This document shows, piece by piece, positions 27,826 to 39,786 of a stretch of 64,000 bases of DNA; position 1 is the stretch's first letter, and each line of letters opens with the position of its first letter. The notes under the pieces were generated by a model that was not told the origin of the DNA, ran no database searches, and saw only the letters and a list, made by a program, of their open reading frames with translations. Where the stretch lies: NCBI GenBank assembly GCA_964016885.1, contig OZ024741.1, positions 386,632,001-386,696,000 on the forward strand, written 5' to 3'. Source of the stretch: Eledone cirrhosa. Taxonomy: Eukaryota. The translations under genes were made by a program, and so were the position numbers.

Positions 27826-28040
27826 CAGTGGATTAGGAGTATCGGTAGAGCGTCAGACACCATGCTTTGCAGCATAGAGTTATGACCCTTTACATTCTGA
27901 GTTCAAATTCCGCTGAGGTTACCTTTGCCTTTCATCTTTACGAGTTCGATAAAATAAAGTACCAGTAATGCACTGGGGTCGATTGAATCGACTTCCCCTT
28001 CCCCCCAAATTGCTGGCCTTGTGCCTATAGTAGAAACCAT
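27826..28040 (+). mobile_element. Near-full-length S1 SINE
   Basis: A box, B box, core and tgctggccttgtgcc tail. Confidence 0.8.
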
Positions 28041-29189
28041 TATACTCTGGATATTTTCACATAATAATAATAGTAATAAACACCCATATTCGCCTAATCT
28101 GCATTAGCACAGCAGCACCAATGAACATAGAGGGGGGTGGAGCATCGAGAACCCGAAGGATTGCTTTCGCCCCACCCCTAGCACAAAACTACTCTTGGTC
28201 TCGAAGCATCTTTGCCATCCCACCGTCATGCAGCGACGGTGAGGTGGAAATGGAGCTTCATGAAAGAAAAAAATTGAAAATCGTGGTGAAGTGTGGTGTG
28301 TAGTGTAGAGGGTGGGTTGTGGGAATAGAAGGAGAACGATGGTAATTATTGCTGAAATTACTGACTTGGTAATTATTAATGAAATGGTGCAGCCATCTGT
28401 AAACACACCTGCTCTGCTCCACGCTGGGAATTCACAAGTACAACAGCAGCAGTAACACTACCAACAACAACAACCATAGAAGCAGTAATAAAAACAACAA
28501 CAACAACAACAACAGCCACAGCAGCAGTAATAATAATAACAACAGCAATAGTAACAACAACAATAGTAAGAGCAGCTGCAACAGCGGTAGTAACAACAAA
28601 AACTACAACAGTAACATCAACAACCACAACAACAATAATTTTAACAACGTTGACAGGCAACCGTATTCATTCCACCACTACCTCTACCCCCCCCCCCCCG
28701 CAAGCCACCACCAACAACAACAACAACAACAACAACACTAACATTAACAGGAAGAATAACAACAAATTTGTTTACCTTGACACCAGATTTGTCATAAATA
28801 GGTCGACATCCTCAACGAAAAAAAAAAAGCAACAAAGTGCCAACGAGTGTTACTCTACATAGCCACTTGAACTGCTAGAAATAGTAGCTTCCCCTCCCCC
28901 TAATAATTACAACACAATTGGCTGATGGTGGTGGCATGTGGAATAGATTTACTTCCATAAGCATGAGTAGGTAACGATTCCGAAACATTAAATACTAATA
29001 GTTACTGTCTTTCTGAGTTCAAAGAACTTATTTACGACCTACAATTATCATTGATATTTTCTTTTATTGCGGTATTAGTCGATTAAAACTTTGCATTTCT
29101 CTCCCTCACTCCGTTTGAGATGAAATATTTTCCCGACACATTACCTGTTTTATCTGACCACTTTCTTTTCTCTTGACTCACTTCCATTC

Positions 29190-29330
29190 TCCCATTCTAT
29201 ATTCTTCTCAGGAAGAAATCTGTTGTATTCAGACCTGGAGAGGAGATGGGCTCCGCCAGGTTTTAAAATGCCATAGTAATGCCGTATGTCAATTCGGCGC
29301 CCCTATGACTCTATCAGGAGTTATGGGGAC
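29190..29330 (+). mobile_element. Dispersed repeat, the long tail of an S1-related SINE; also at ~20690-20860, 29950-30070, 33990-34170, 40805-40990, 48325-48520
   Basis: ggaagaaatctg...gagatgggctccg...tttaaaatgcc block recurs six times. Confidence 0.7.
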
Positions 29331-30224
29331 ATACGTATACATATGTCACTCCAAGTCATCCTGGGTAGGAGCATTTACAACGTTGATGATTGATGGTATA
29401 GCCTTTCATACTGCGATATACTGTTTGGAGGTTTCGTGCAAACGTAAAAATGATTGTTTGATGTTCATGTAATTTCTTACGGTAACGAAATTTAACGCTC
29501 GATATAGTATGAAAAGAGTCTTAACATTTTGGACGTTAGCTCTTCTTCGAAAGATAAGGTGAGGGAGAAAAGAGAAAATTTGGGGGAGAAAGTAGTAGAA
29601 ATAGGAAGATAAAAGTAAAGAAAGAAAGAACACAGGAAGGGTTACACTGCTTGATTACTGCTACAAACTTCTCTTTTTTTTTACAAAAACCGCTTCTTTG
29701 AATTTACCCAAAGAGGATAAATATTTCTTTTTCCAGGCTTGTATTGCTGGCAAAGGGCAGAGTTGTTAGGGTGTCGGATTAAAAATGCATCGGTATTTGC
29801 TCCGGCTCAATGCGCTCTAAATTCAAATCCTGCTGAGGTCAACTTTGCATTCATAATTTCGAGGTCAATAAAAAAATATCAGCCTAATACTGGGGACGAT
29901 TCTTTCCCACTCTTTCTCTCTTTTTCACCATCCTACCTCTCTCCCCTTCTCTTGTATTCTCAGGAAGAAAGTGGCTGTTCCACTCTGGAGAAGGATAGGC
30001 TCCGTCAGGTTTAAAATTCATGAGACACGTGTTTCACGGCGGCGTCCCTACGACTCTATCAGGAGTTAAGGGCCTAAGAAGAAGAAGAATATTATAAGTT
30101 GTAGAGTCTAGTATTCAATATACGAAATAATGATCAGTCCTTATGCCGACGAGGGTGTACTTGATGGTATGTGTGTTTGTGCATGTAAGTATGGGTATGT
30201 GTATACATGCATATATATATAAAT

Positions 30225-30945
30225 ATATATCAAAGGTATATATTGAGTTAGGAACTCAAAATAGTCTCTTACAACAAAATAGCTCTAAGAAAGAGATATT
30301 TCCGAGCCGTATATTATAATAGAATATAAAAGAAAAACGAACACAGATATATACATATATGTGTTCAAATCGTAAGGGATCAGATTCGCTAAGGTGAAAA
30401 GAATACTAACTATAGACAATTGGGTTTGCTTGTCTCAATTAAAGAAATAATCAAATATCTCTTTCTTAGAGCTATTTTGTTGTAAGAGACTATTTTGAGT
30501 TCCTAACTCAAAATATACCTTTGATATATGCGGCTCCATTAAATTGTTGAGCTATTTCAAATGTCTAATAAACCTGGCTGCTATTTTTAGTGGTGTAAGT
30601 TTGTGAGACACGCTAAGATACCATGTGTGTTATTACATATATCACACTATTCAGTCCTTAATATACTTAGAATTGTCTATTATAATAATTCATCACCCAC
30701 TTATGAGAAGAATTGGTAATTCTATTCACAATTAACATTGCGAAACAGCACCAAGCTGTCTGGGTGATTGGTAGTTACCACAATTCCGGTTTGTATTTAT
30801 TTTCTTGATTTTTTTCTTAAATTGAGACGAGCAAACCCAATTGTCTATAGTTAGTATTCTTTTCACCTTAGCCAATCTGGTCCCTTGCGATTTGAACACA
30901 TATATGTATGTATCTGTGTTCGTTTTTCTTTTATATTCTATTAGT
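30225..30945. mobile_element. Non-coding element with a permuted inverted 5' segment
   Basis: 30225-30301 = rc of 30453-30529; 30317-30454 = rc of 30804-30943. Confidence 0.7.
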
Positions 30946-31073
30946 AATATATATATATTTTTTTTTTCTTCACAAAATAATTCTTTAAGGTATCCCCTTT
31001 AAAAAAAATGTTTTTCGTTTTGACTTGTTTTCGTTCGTTGTCTTGTCCTCTCTTTGTTAATTTTACTAAGTTC

Positions 31074-31132
<59 letters not shown>

Positions 31133-31162
31133 ATCAAAAGAGGGTTAAAAGAGTTCCATGTG

Positions 31163-31229
31163 TTTTATTATGCGCATTTCAAAAACAAATATCATCATGC
31201 GATGACATTTGCGTTTTCGTCGGATAAAA
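31163..31229 (-). ncRNA. Family D hammerhead, CCGACGA core variant
   Basis: Direct homologue of 25881-25947. Confidence 0.6.
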
Positions 31230-31289
31230 TAGGGAGACATGATATGAAGGTTAAAAAACACTTGTGAATAGTGCAGTTTTAAATCAACA

Positions 31290-31609
31290 TATTATGTTTC
31301 CTCCTGTTGTATTGTATGCCTACGCCAAAAGATGGCGTAGGCATACTATACAACAGGAGGAAACATAATAGCACCACTGACGATGTTGCAGATGTGCAAC
31401 GAAAGAACTTTGTTAGACTATATATATGTGTTTGTGTCTATATTATATCTGTACTTTTGACCGTTGGTCAGTCAATGGTCACATTGAGGACCGAATAAAT
31501 TAAATTAACCGATATAAAAGACACAGAAGTGAAAACCAACCAAACAGTGAGTGTGTTCTGTTATTAATTCTGGCAATATTATTACACAAATATGACCCTC
31601 CCCAAGTAT

Positions 31610-31616
<7 letters not shown>
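31290..31616 (+). mobile_element. Family A pLTR with short fold-back (31290-31370) and HHR (31375-31412)
   Basis: CTGACGA-t-gttgca/gatg/tgcaac-GAAA-gaac-TT-tg; 3' end runs into (TA)n. Confidence 0.75.
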
Positions 31617-31680
<64 letters not shown>

Positions 31681-31972
31681 AGGTTAACCTGGAATACAAC
31701 AGCGACTACTTGTGTACATTTTAAAAGCATGTAAAACGTGCTAATATACAGAAAACCTACATTCTCTCTCATCCGAACACTCTTTGTATTGGCACGTTTT
31801 GCTTTGCTTAAAAATGTAAACATATGTAAATACAGATACTTACAGGTGTACATGCTCACAACACACACACGTATACATGCGTATGTGTGTGTCAGTAAAC
31901 ACATACCAACCGTAATAATACACCGTGTGTGTTTGTGTATATATATATATATATACAATTTTACAGATTTAC

Positions 31973-32004
<32 letters not shown>

Positions 32005-32089
32005 AAACGGTAAACAGAAATAGCAACACAATCGGTACAGTATATGGAAGGAATATATTAGGTTAACGCTTGAACTAGCAGGAAGAGGG

Positions 32090-32125
32090 TCTTAATGTTT
32101 CGGACGATAATCCTTCATCAGAAGA
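32090..32125 (-). ncRNA. Family E hammerhead (element ~32005-32165)
   Basis: tctt-CTGATGA-a-ggat/tatc/gtcc-GAAA-ca-TT-aaga. Confidence 0.7.
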
Positions 32126-32195
32126 AGAATGAGAAATTAGATAGATTGAAGGAACAGGCGGGGTATATATATTATATATATAAGTATATATATAA

Positions 32196-32230
<35 letters not shown>

Positions 32231-33246
32231 TTGACGGTATATTTAATCGATTTCCACGTGCTATTGAAATGTTGGGTAAATATTCTATAGCGGTTGATTG
32301 CGAATAGATTGCTGTCGTTTATTTATCTACTATTTCTTCATAGGTGCCTTTTAATCTTATAGCCTGGTTTAATTGTTTTTTGTGTGGTTGATTATGCTAT
32401 TTGGGAGAGGTAATGGTGTATATATATTATCAAATGATTCTATGGACATACTTTATAGTATATATAGTAATAATAATAATTTTGAAGACTAAAATCAAAA
32501 GAGGGCTCGATAAGGATAAATATATATCAAATATATAAGAACCGTAGAGCAAATATTTATTAAAATAACAGATTAAAGTTTGAGCAAAGAATCGCTGCTT
32601 TCACCCTTAACGGGATCTTCTGAAACTAAATATATATATGTATGTGTGTATGTATGTATGTATTTATGCATGTATTTATGTATATGTCTGTAAATCTGTA
32701 AAATGTACCCATACAACCATACACACATGTACATCTATCTCAATCATTTTGTTATAATAAAAAGTTAACTTCCCAATCACAAGTTCCTGGGTTCTAACCC
32801 TCCATTTATCACTGTAAATAATTATTTCTCAAAAGTTATTTAAACATTTAATCCTGTATATCATTTATAGATATATACTCAACATTTATGTAATTATATC
32901 CTAGAAATAAATTATTAAAATGTCATTCTTATCTCTTCCACGTGTAAATAATTAAAATAACTATAGGATATCCTTTATGCAAAATATTAATTTATGAGAG
33001 GCTAATCAGCCGATGTATACTTCAGAAAATGATATATATTTTCAACTTTTCAACAGAGTGGCATAGAGGTAAACAGGCCTGATGAATGGTAATACCCAGT
33101 AATATGTTGATTGTTGCTCGATGGTACTGTTGAACAAACGGATGACGATTGGTTATCAAGGCACATCACAACTTAGGCAGGCCGTTTGCTTGCAAACGAA
33201 TCGATTATCATTATTATTCGATTTAGCCCATACGTACATATATATA

Positions 33247-33367
<121 letters not shown>

Positions 33368-33452
33368 AACTGGTAAACAGAAATAACAACACAATCGGTA
33401 CAGTATATGGAAGGAATATATTAGGTTAACGCTTGAAATAGCAGGAAGAGGG

Positions 33453-33488
33453 TCTTAACGTTTCGGATGCTAGTCCTTCATCAGAAGA
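33453..33488 (-). ncRNA. Family E hammerhead (element ~33365-33580)
   Basis: tctt-CTGATGA-aggactagcatcc-GAAA-cg-TT-aaga. Confidence 0.7.
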
Positions 33489-33664
33489 AAGAATGAGAAA
33501 TAAAATAGATTGAATGGACGGGCGGGATGGAAGTGGAAAAAATGTCTTTAGATAGAAAAATAACAGGTCCATTCACGCTGGTGTATATATCATACCTATC
33601 CCAGAATCCATAAATTGATTAGGTTCAATACTATTGTCGCTACGGCCATCATTATTTATGCGAC

Positions 33665-33875
33665 GGAGGATTGGCAGTATCGGTAGAGCGTCGGACAACA
33701 TGCTTTGCGGGATTTAGTTACGCCCATTTACGTTCTGAGTTCAAATTTCACCGAGGTTAGCTTTGCTTTTCATTCTTAAGAGGTCGATAAAATAAGTACC
33801 AATCACGCACTGGGGTCCATTAAATTGACTTTCCCCTTCCCGCAATTGTTGGCCTTGTGCCTAAATCAGAAACCA
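33665..33875 (+). mobile_element. S1 SINE
   Basis: tggcagtatcggtagagc head, B box, core. Confidence 0.8.
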
Positions 33876-34329
33876 TTGTATATATTATGTATGGTGTTGT
33901 ATCAGTGTTTGTGGCGTAGAAATGAGTCGTATTTGAGGTATGTTCAAAGGTGGCCAGTGAGAGAATGGTATGGTATGTAACTCTCCTGATGGTGCCATAA
34001 AGGTGACATACCGCGTTTCTAGGGCATTTTAAGCCTGACGGAGCCCATCTCTCTCCAAGCCTGAGTATAGCAGATCTTTTCCAGAGAAAGATAGAGAGTA
34101 AGAAAGATAGAGATTGAGAGAGGAAGTGAGAAAGAGATATAGAGGAAGAATCGACCTCAGCACTAGACTGATACTTTTTTTTATCAACCTCAAATGGATG
34201 AAAAGCAAAGTTGATCTCGGTGGGATTTGAACTCAGAGAGCAGAAAGCCGGAACGAATACCACAAAGCATCTATCCGATGGTCTAACGATTCTGCCAATT
34301 CGTCCCTCTGCGTGTGCGAACCACACAGA

Positions 34330-34860
34330 TGCCGTTGTGGAGCAGTGGTCAACGGGTTCGGTCTTCACCGGCTATCTTGCCGCTTTAGTGCCGCTCCCCC
34401 GTCATACTGTTTTGAACGAGATCTTCAGAAGGAGCCTCGACACAGTCCATTTCCCTTCACAATAGGAGCCGTCTGGCTTCGACCGCGGTGATGGCAAGCT
34501 CCCAGACAGATTAACCCTCTTCCCTTTCGAGGGGGGAAAATCCCTAGTTTGAGACGCGATATGCAACATCTCGTTCTCCGCCTCCAGCCTTCTCGATTCC
34601 GCCACAAACCCGGGCTCTGCTACCCACAATGCTGAGGAGAGGAAGATAGTCAAATACCGGGACATGACTAACTAATTCGTCGTCGAGACTTCTAGGGTCC
34701 TTGGTTCGCACACTGCCGATTTCCTCCGTAAAGTAGGGAACTCCGTGATGTTGGGTAGCTATTGCAGCGGGTGTCTCTGGCCATTCTCGGCGGTAACGCT
34801 TTTGCTGTTTTGTCCGCGAGGCAGGGCTGAGGCACCGTACAGACTGGAGTGTAGTGTCTG
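34330..34860 (+). pseudogene. CRE-like LINE REL endonuclease 3' fragment; related pieces at 37205-37385(-), 37980-38200(-), 41445-41710(+), 51970-52135(-)
   Basis: EPSGFDRGDGKLPDRLTLFPFEGGKSLV*DAIC and LLQRVSLAILGGNAFA. Confidence 0.7.
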
Positions 34861-35649
34861 TCCTTCCCCCTCTCCCTTTCTTTCGCCGCTTGATCCTTCT
34901 TTCTCTTTTTCCTTTTCATTTTCTTTTTTCTTCTTCCTGTTCTGTTTCCTTTAGTAAAGAGTTATGTTTTTATTAGATACTGCACAATTATTTTTATATA
35001 ATGTCAATGGCCTTTCACGGAATTGTGAGGTTTTGTATATTAAATAAATTGAATAATGTAGCTGTTGTTATTGATCCCCGTATCAGCAACGATCCCGACC
35101 AATGATGAAATACGTTCTAGCTATTGTCACGTCGTGTTTGTGTATATTTTCCAATATGTATTTTCCAATATGTCTTTCGTTTGTTAAGTTGCGATTTGAG
35201 TTTAATGTACGTTGAATGAACACGGATAGGCGCTCTTTCAACAATAAATGTAGAAACCCTAAAAAAAAAAGTGGGAAGCGGTATCATCCAATAAAACCAA
35301 CAGTATAAAAATACACAAATGACAAAGAAAGATGTGACTTGGATCTCCGTCGGTTCCGACGACGAGTATTCCACTTGTTCTGACATTGAAACAGCCTGCT
35401 CGTGAAATTAACGTGGAATTGGTTGAGCATGCCACACGTATATGCACTCTTAAAACATAATTCCCGGAGAGATTCAGCGAGATACAAGGTTGACCTTTGG
35501 AATTGATAAAGAAGCGTTTGTAGCAACATTGCAACAAACTTTGTTTCAAGAGCATGGAGTTGGGGCGTCATTTATTTCTTCCAGGTTGTTTACATCTGTC
35601 ACTGATATACAACAGCAAACGATATATATACTCTTACATACACATAGCG

Positions 35650-35975
35650 AAGGCGCATGGCTTAGAGGCTAGAGTGTTGGGTTTGCAATCGTGAGGTTGT
35701 GAGTTCGGTTCCCAGACAAGGGGATGCGTTGTGTCCTTGAGCAAGACACTTTGTTTCACGTTGTTGCTCCAGTTCACTTAACTGTAAAAATGAGTTACGA
35801 CGTCACTAGTGCCAAGCTGTATCGGCCATTCCCTTTTCCTTGGACAACATCAGTGGTGTGGAGAAGGAAGACTGGTATGGGCGACTGGTGGTCTTCCACA
35901 ATAACACCTTGTCCTGGAAGGGAGAACTTTCTAGGAACAAATCCCAGGTCGTTCGTGACCATGGGACCACGTGAC
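35650..35975 (+). mobile_element. S2 SINE
   Basis: ggcgcatggcttagaggctag head, tgtccttgagcaagacacttt. Confidence 0.75.
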
Positions 35976-36597
35976 CGAAGGGAGGGGTTGCGGTTACCTT
36001 TAAATACATTTTCGTATAGCTTCCGTCTACCAAATTCAACTCACAAAACATTGCACAAGTCAAGCTATATGATAAAAAAAACACTTGTCGAAGGTTCCGT
36101 GCATTGGGCTTAAACTCAGAAGCACAGTTTGCGAAGCGAGCTTATTAACCATAGAACCATGTCAGTTTGTTTTTAGCCATCTTGTCTTAAGGATTTAAAC
36201 AAATCTCTTAACAATGTAGCAGACATTTACAGAAAGACAATTGGATGTGGAAGTGGGAGTCCGAGTGTGTGAGGAATAGCGGTGGGAGTAGTTGAAAGAA
36301 AGTGTGAGGAGAAAGAGAAAATGAATGAGAGAGGGGATGAGGGAGATAAAGAAAGAGAATGGGGAATCGACATCGAGTAAAGGGATAAAGACTATAGATT
36401 TAGGGAAAAAGAAAGAGAGAGAGAGGGGGAGAAATATGATGAGAGCGAGAGAGAGAAAAAAGGAGAGAGAGAGAATGAAAGAGAGAGCGGGGAGAAAGAT
36501 GGTGATAGCGAGAAATGTTAATCTGGTGTAGAGTAATTCAGATGAGTCAGCAGTAAAGTGTTGTATAACAGACGATGATTTGAAAACATAATAGTAG

Positions 36598-36825
36598 CTA
36601 ATGGTGAGATTAATGGTGAGGTTAATGGTGAGATTAATGGAGTGGTTAATGGTGTGATTGGTGTGAAGAATTGTCAGGTGTTTGATGTGATGAATGATCA
36701 GGTTAATGGTATAGTTAATGGTATAGTTAATGGCATAGTTAATAGTGTGATGAATGGTGTGGTGGCAGGTGTAGTTAATGGTGTAGTTAATGGTGTAGTT
36801 AATGGTGTGGTAATGTTGTAGTTAT
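36598..36825. repeat. Degenerate 12-bp tandem repeat (ttaatggtgtag)
   Basis: Direct reading. Confidence 0.7.
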
Positions 36826-36929
36826 TAATAAGGTAATGATGTGTATTAACCTGAAAGTTATTGGTGAGATTTACCAATTTATTTATGATAAAAACTGAAT
36901 AAACATGTTATTTACAATAACAATAATAA

Positions 36930-37120
36930 TAATTGTTTCTATTTTTGGCACAAGGCCAGCAATTATCGCAGTGTATTACTGGTACTTTATTTTATCGACC
37001 CCGTAAGGATGAAAGGCAAAGTTAACCTCGACGGGATTTTAACCCAGAATGGTAAGGGCCGTAACTCTATGCTGCAAAGTATGGCGTCCGACCCTCTACC
37101 GATACTGCCAATCCACCGCC
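36930..37120 (-). mobile_element. S1 SINE
   Basis: Full match to 14518-14707. Confidence 0.8.
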
Positions 37121-38370
37121 GTAATTATAATAATGACAACTATAATGGCGGCAATAATTAAAAAAAAGGAAAGAAAGAATAGGGAAATATAGAAAAAACA
37201 GAATGCAACCTCGCGGGCATCCCTCCTAAGATGGGCCGCCAACGCTCCGATCTTGCGGAGGAGCTCTGCAGTACGGTGTCCAAGTACGCCTGAGGTCTCG
37301 ACGGCGACCTGTGCGAAGAGGAAGCGGTCGGACAGACCCTGGTATTTGTTAATGTTACGTTCTTCTGCGAGGCTGACCGCGAGTGATTAATTGTGAGTTT
37401 AATGTTATTTAAGGCGGCAAATTGGCAGAGTCGTTAGAAGATCGGCAGATAGGAGGCTTTGTCGTATTTGTTTCGACTCCCTGCTCTCTCAGTTCAAATC
37501 CCGCCGAGGTCAACTTTGCCTTTCCTCCATTTAAGGTCGATAAAAAAGTATGGACATGACTGACACGCCTTTGAACACCGGCTGACGTAGAACTAAATAT
37601 CAACAACAGCAACACCAACAAAATCAGAAACAACATCGACAACAGCAGTAAGAAGAAGAAGAAGAAGAACAACAACAACAACAACAAAACATTTTCATAC
37701 AACCACATAACTTAACGAACCGACAACCATTTAAGGGGGTCAAGTTACAAGCAATTCTTTAATCCGTTATCTCTTCAGTCCATTAGCTTCTTTAATCCGG
37801 ATCAATTTACAAATTTAATTTTTAGGTGTCATATAGCAGCTTTTTGATTTTTTTCTTTTCGATTTTCCAAAGCTGTTTATACAAAAACAAAACACACTAT
37901 TATAGTGAACAAAAAATAGGAAATGAAAAGAAGAAAAAAAAAGGAATCAAGCAACGAAAGAAAGGGAGAGGGGCAGAGACAGTCACATCCCAGTCTGAGC
38001 GGTGCCTCAGCCTCCCTCGCAGACAAAAGGGCAAAGGCATTACTGCGGAGAATGGCCAGAGACACCCACTGCAACTGCCACCCCACCTCACAGATCTCCC
38101 TCCTCAAGCAGGCTGCTGTTTTTCCGATTTTACGTAGGAAATCAGCAAGTGTGGGGACCAAGGGCACCAGAGGTCTTGACACACACCGCATATCAGTCAA
38201 TGTTACTTTTTAATGTTTTTTTGTGGAGTTTTTTTCGCACTGTGTAAAGGAATGATTTCACAAATTGGTGTTGTTATTGTTATTGTTATTGTTGTTTTCT
38301 TTTAAGACAGTCGGGTGTGATTTGAAGGATATTTGGCTGCTATTTCTACAGTACAAACGACTATGTGGAG

Positions 38371-38892
38371 CAGGCATGTCAAACGTGCGGCCCGCACAAA
38401 GGTTTTTACAGTGCGAACATGTTTTATCTTCGTAATATAAAATTTTAAAAAAATGAGTTGTAATGTGCGTAATTAGTTGTCGTATGTGGTCCTCAGACAA
38501 CACATATGTGACCCATGTGACCCTCAGACAACACATATGTGACCCATGTGGCCCTCAGACAACACATATGTGACCCATGTGACCCTCAGACAACACATAT
38601 GTGACCCATGTGGCCCTCAGACAACACATATGTGACCCATGTGGCCCTCAGACAACACATATGTGACCCATGTGGTCCTCAGACAACACATATGTGACCC
38701 ATGTGACCCTCAGACAACACATATGTGACCCATGTGGCCTTCAGACAACACATATGTGACCCATGTGACCCTCGGACAACACATATGTGACCCATGTGGC
38801 CCTCAGACAACACATATGTGACCCATGTGGCCCTCAGACAACACATATGTGACCCATGTGGCCCTTGGGGGACCCTCAGTTAGACATGCCTG
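38371..38892. mobile_element. Non-autonomous hAT (Charlie-like) element containing a 31-bp array
   Basis: TIRs caggcatgtcaaac / gttagacatgcctg; 8-bp TSD atgtggag / atgtagag; ~12 x 31-bp units at 38491-38863. Confidence 0.85.
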
Positions 38893-39296
38893 ATGTAGAG
38901 GATCTCTAGTAGTAGTAGTAGTAGTAGTAGCAGTAGTAGTAGTAGTAGTAATGAAGAAGGTGGTGGGGTGGTGTTGATAGTAGGGGTGTTGCGATAATGA
39001 TCCTATGGATAGTGGTGTTGGCAAATGTAAAGGTTGTACTTGTATTGCTGTGGTACAGTTAGGGCTGGACTTCACTTGTTGATGCCCAAAGCTATATGAA
39101 AATTGAGACCATTCTCTTAAAATTCGAGTGAAAATAAATTAGAAATAATAATTACCTTTCATAGTAATGTTCATGATAAAGAATAAATTATATATATGTG
39201 TGTGTGTGTAAAAAGTAAACAGAAATAACAACAGAATCGGTACAGTATATGGAAGGAATATATTAGGTTAACGCTTGAACTAGCAGGAAGAATGTT

Positions 39297-39330
39297 GTAA
39301 CGTTTCGGATGCTAGTCCTTCATCAGAAGA
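39297..39330 (-). ncRNA. Family E hammerhead with stem I eroded (element ~39210-39420)
   Basis: Same core as 33453-33488. Confidence 0.55.
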
Positions 39331-39541
39331 AAGAATGAGAAATTAGATAGATTGAAGGGACAGGTGGGTGGAATTGGAAAAATGTTTTTAGAGAAAACTA
39401 ACAGGTCCATTCATGTGCCATCTCTTGGAAAACTGTTGATGTTGGGGGTTTGTTTAAGAGGATATGTATGTGTATATGTAAGTAAAAGAGTGTGGGTGTC
39501 TGCTTGTAAGTACGAAGCTATGAGCAAAAGTATGTTAATAT

Positions 39542-39573
<32 letters not shown>

Positions 39574-39599
39574 ACAGAGCTGTGAAGAAAAAAGTGGAA

Positions 39600-39786
39600 G
39601 GTACAAAGCCAGCAATTTTTGAAAAGGGGAAAGTCGATTAATTACTGGTAATTTATTTTATCGACCCCGTAGGGATGAAAGGCAAAGCTAACTTCGGCAG
39701 ATTTGAACTCAGAACGTAAAGGGCCATAACTCTATGCTGCAAAACATAGTGTCTGATGCCCTACCGATACTGCCAATCCACCGCTC
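39600..39786 (-). mobile_element. S1 SINE
   Basis: Core plus A and B boxes. Confidence 0.75.

Noticed and set aside
28121-28303. Possible host exon in non-repetitive sequence
   Set aside because: No recognisable protein motif or convincing splice context.
29519-29553. Further HHR-like remnants (also ~1464-1490, 32590-32625, 40435-40473, 49435-49465)
   Set aside because: Core mutations, truncation or missing stems; too degenerate to call.
38491-38863. CRISPR-like array with palindromic 31-bp repeat
   Set aside because: No spacers; it lies inside a hAT MITE.
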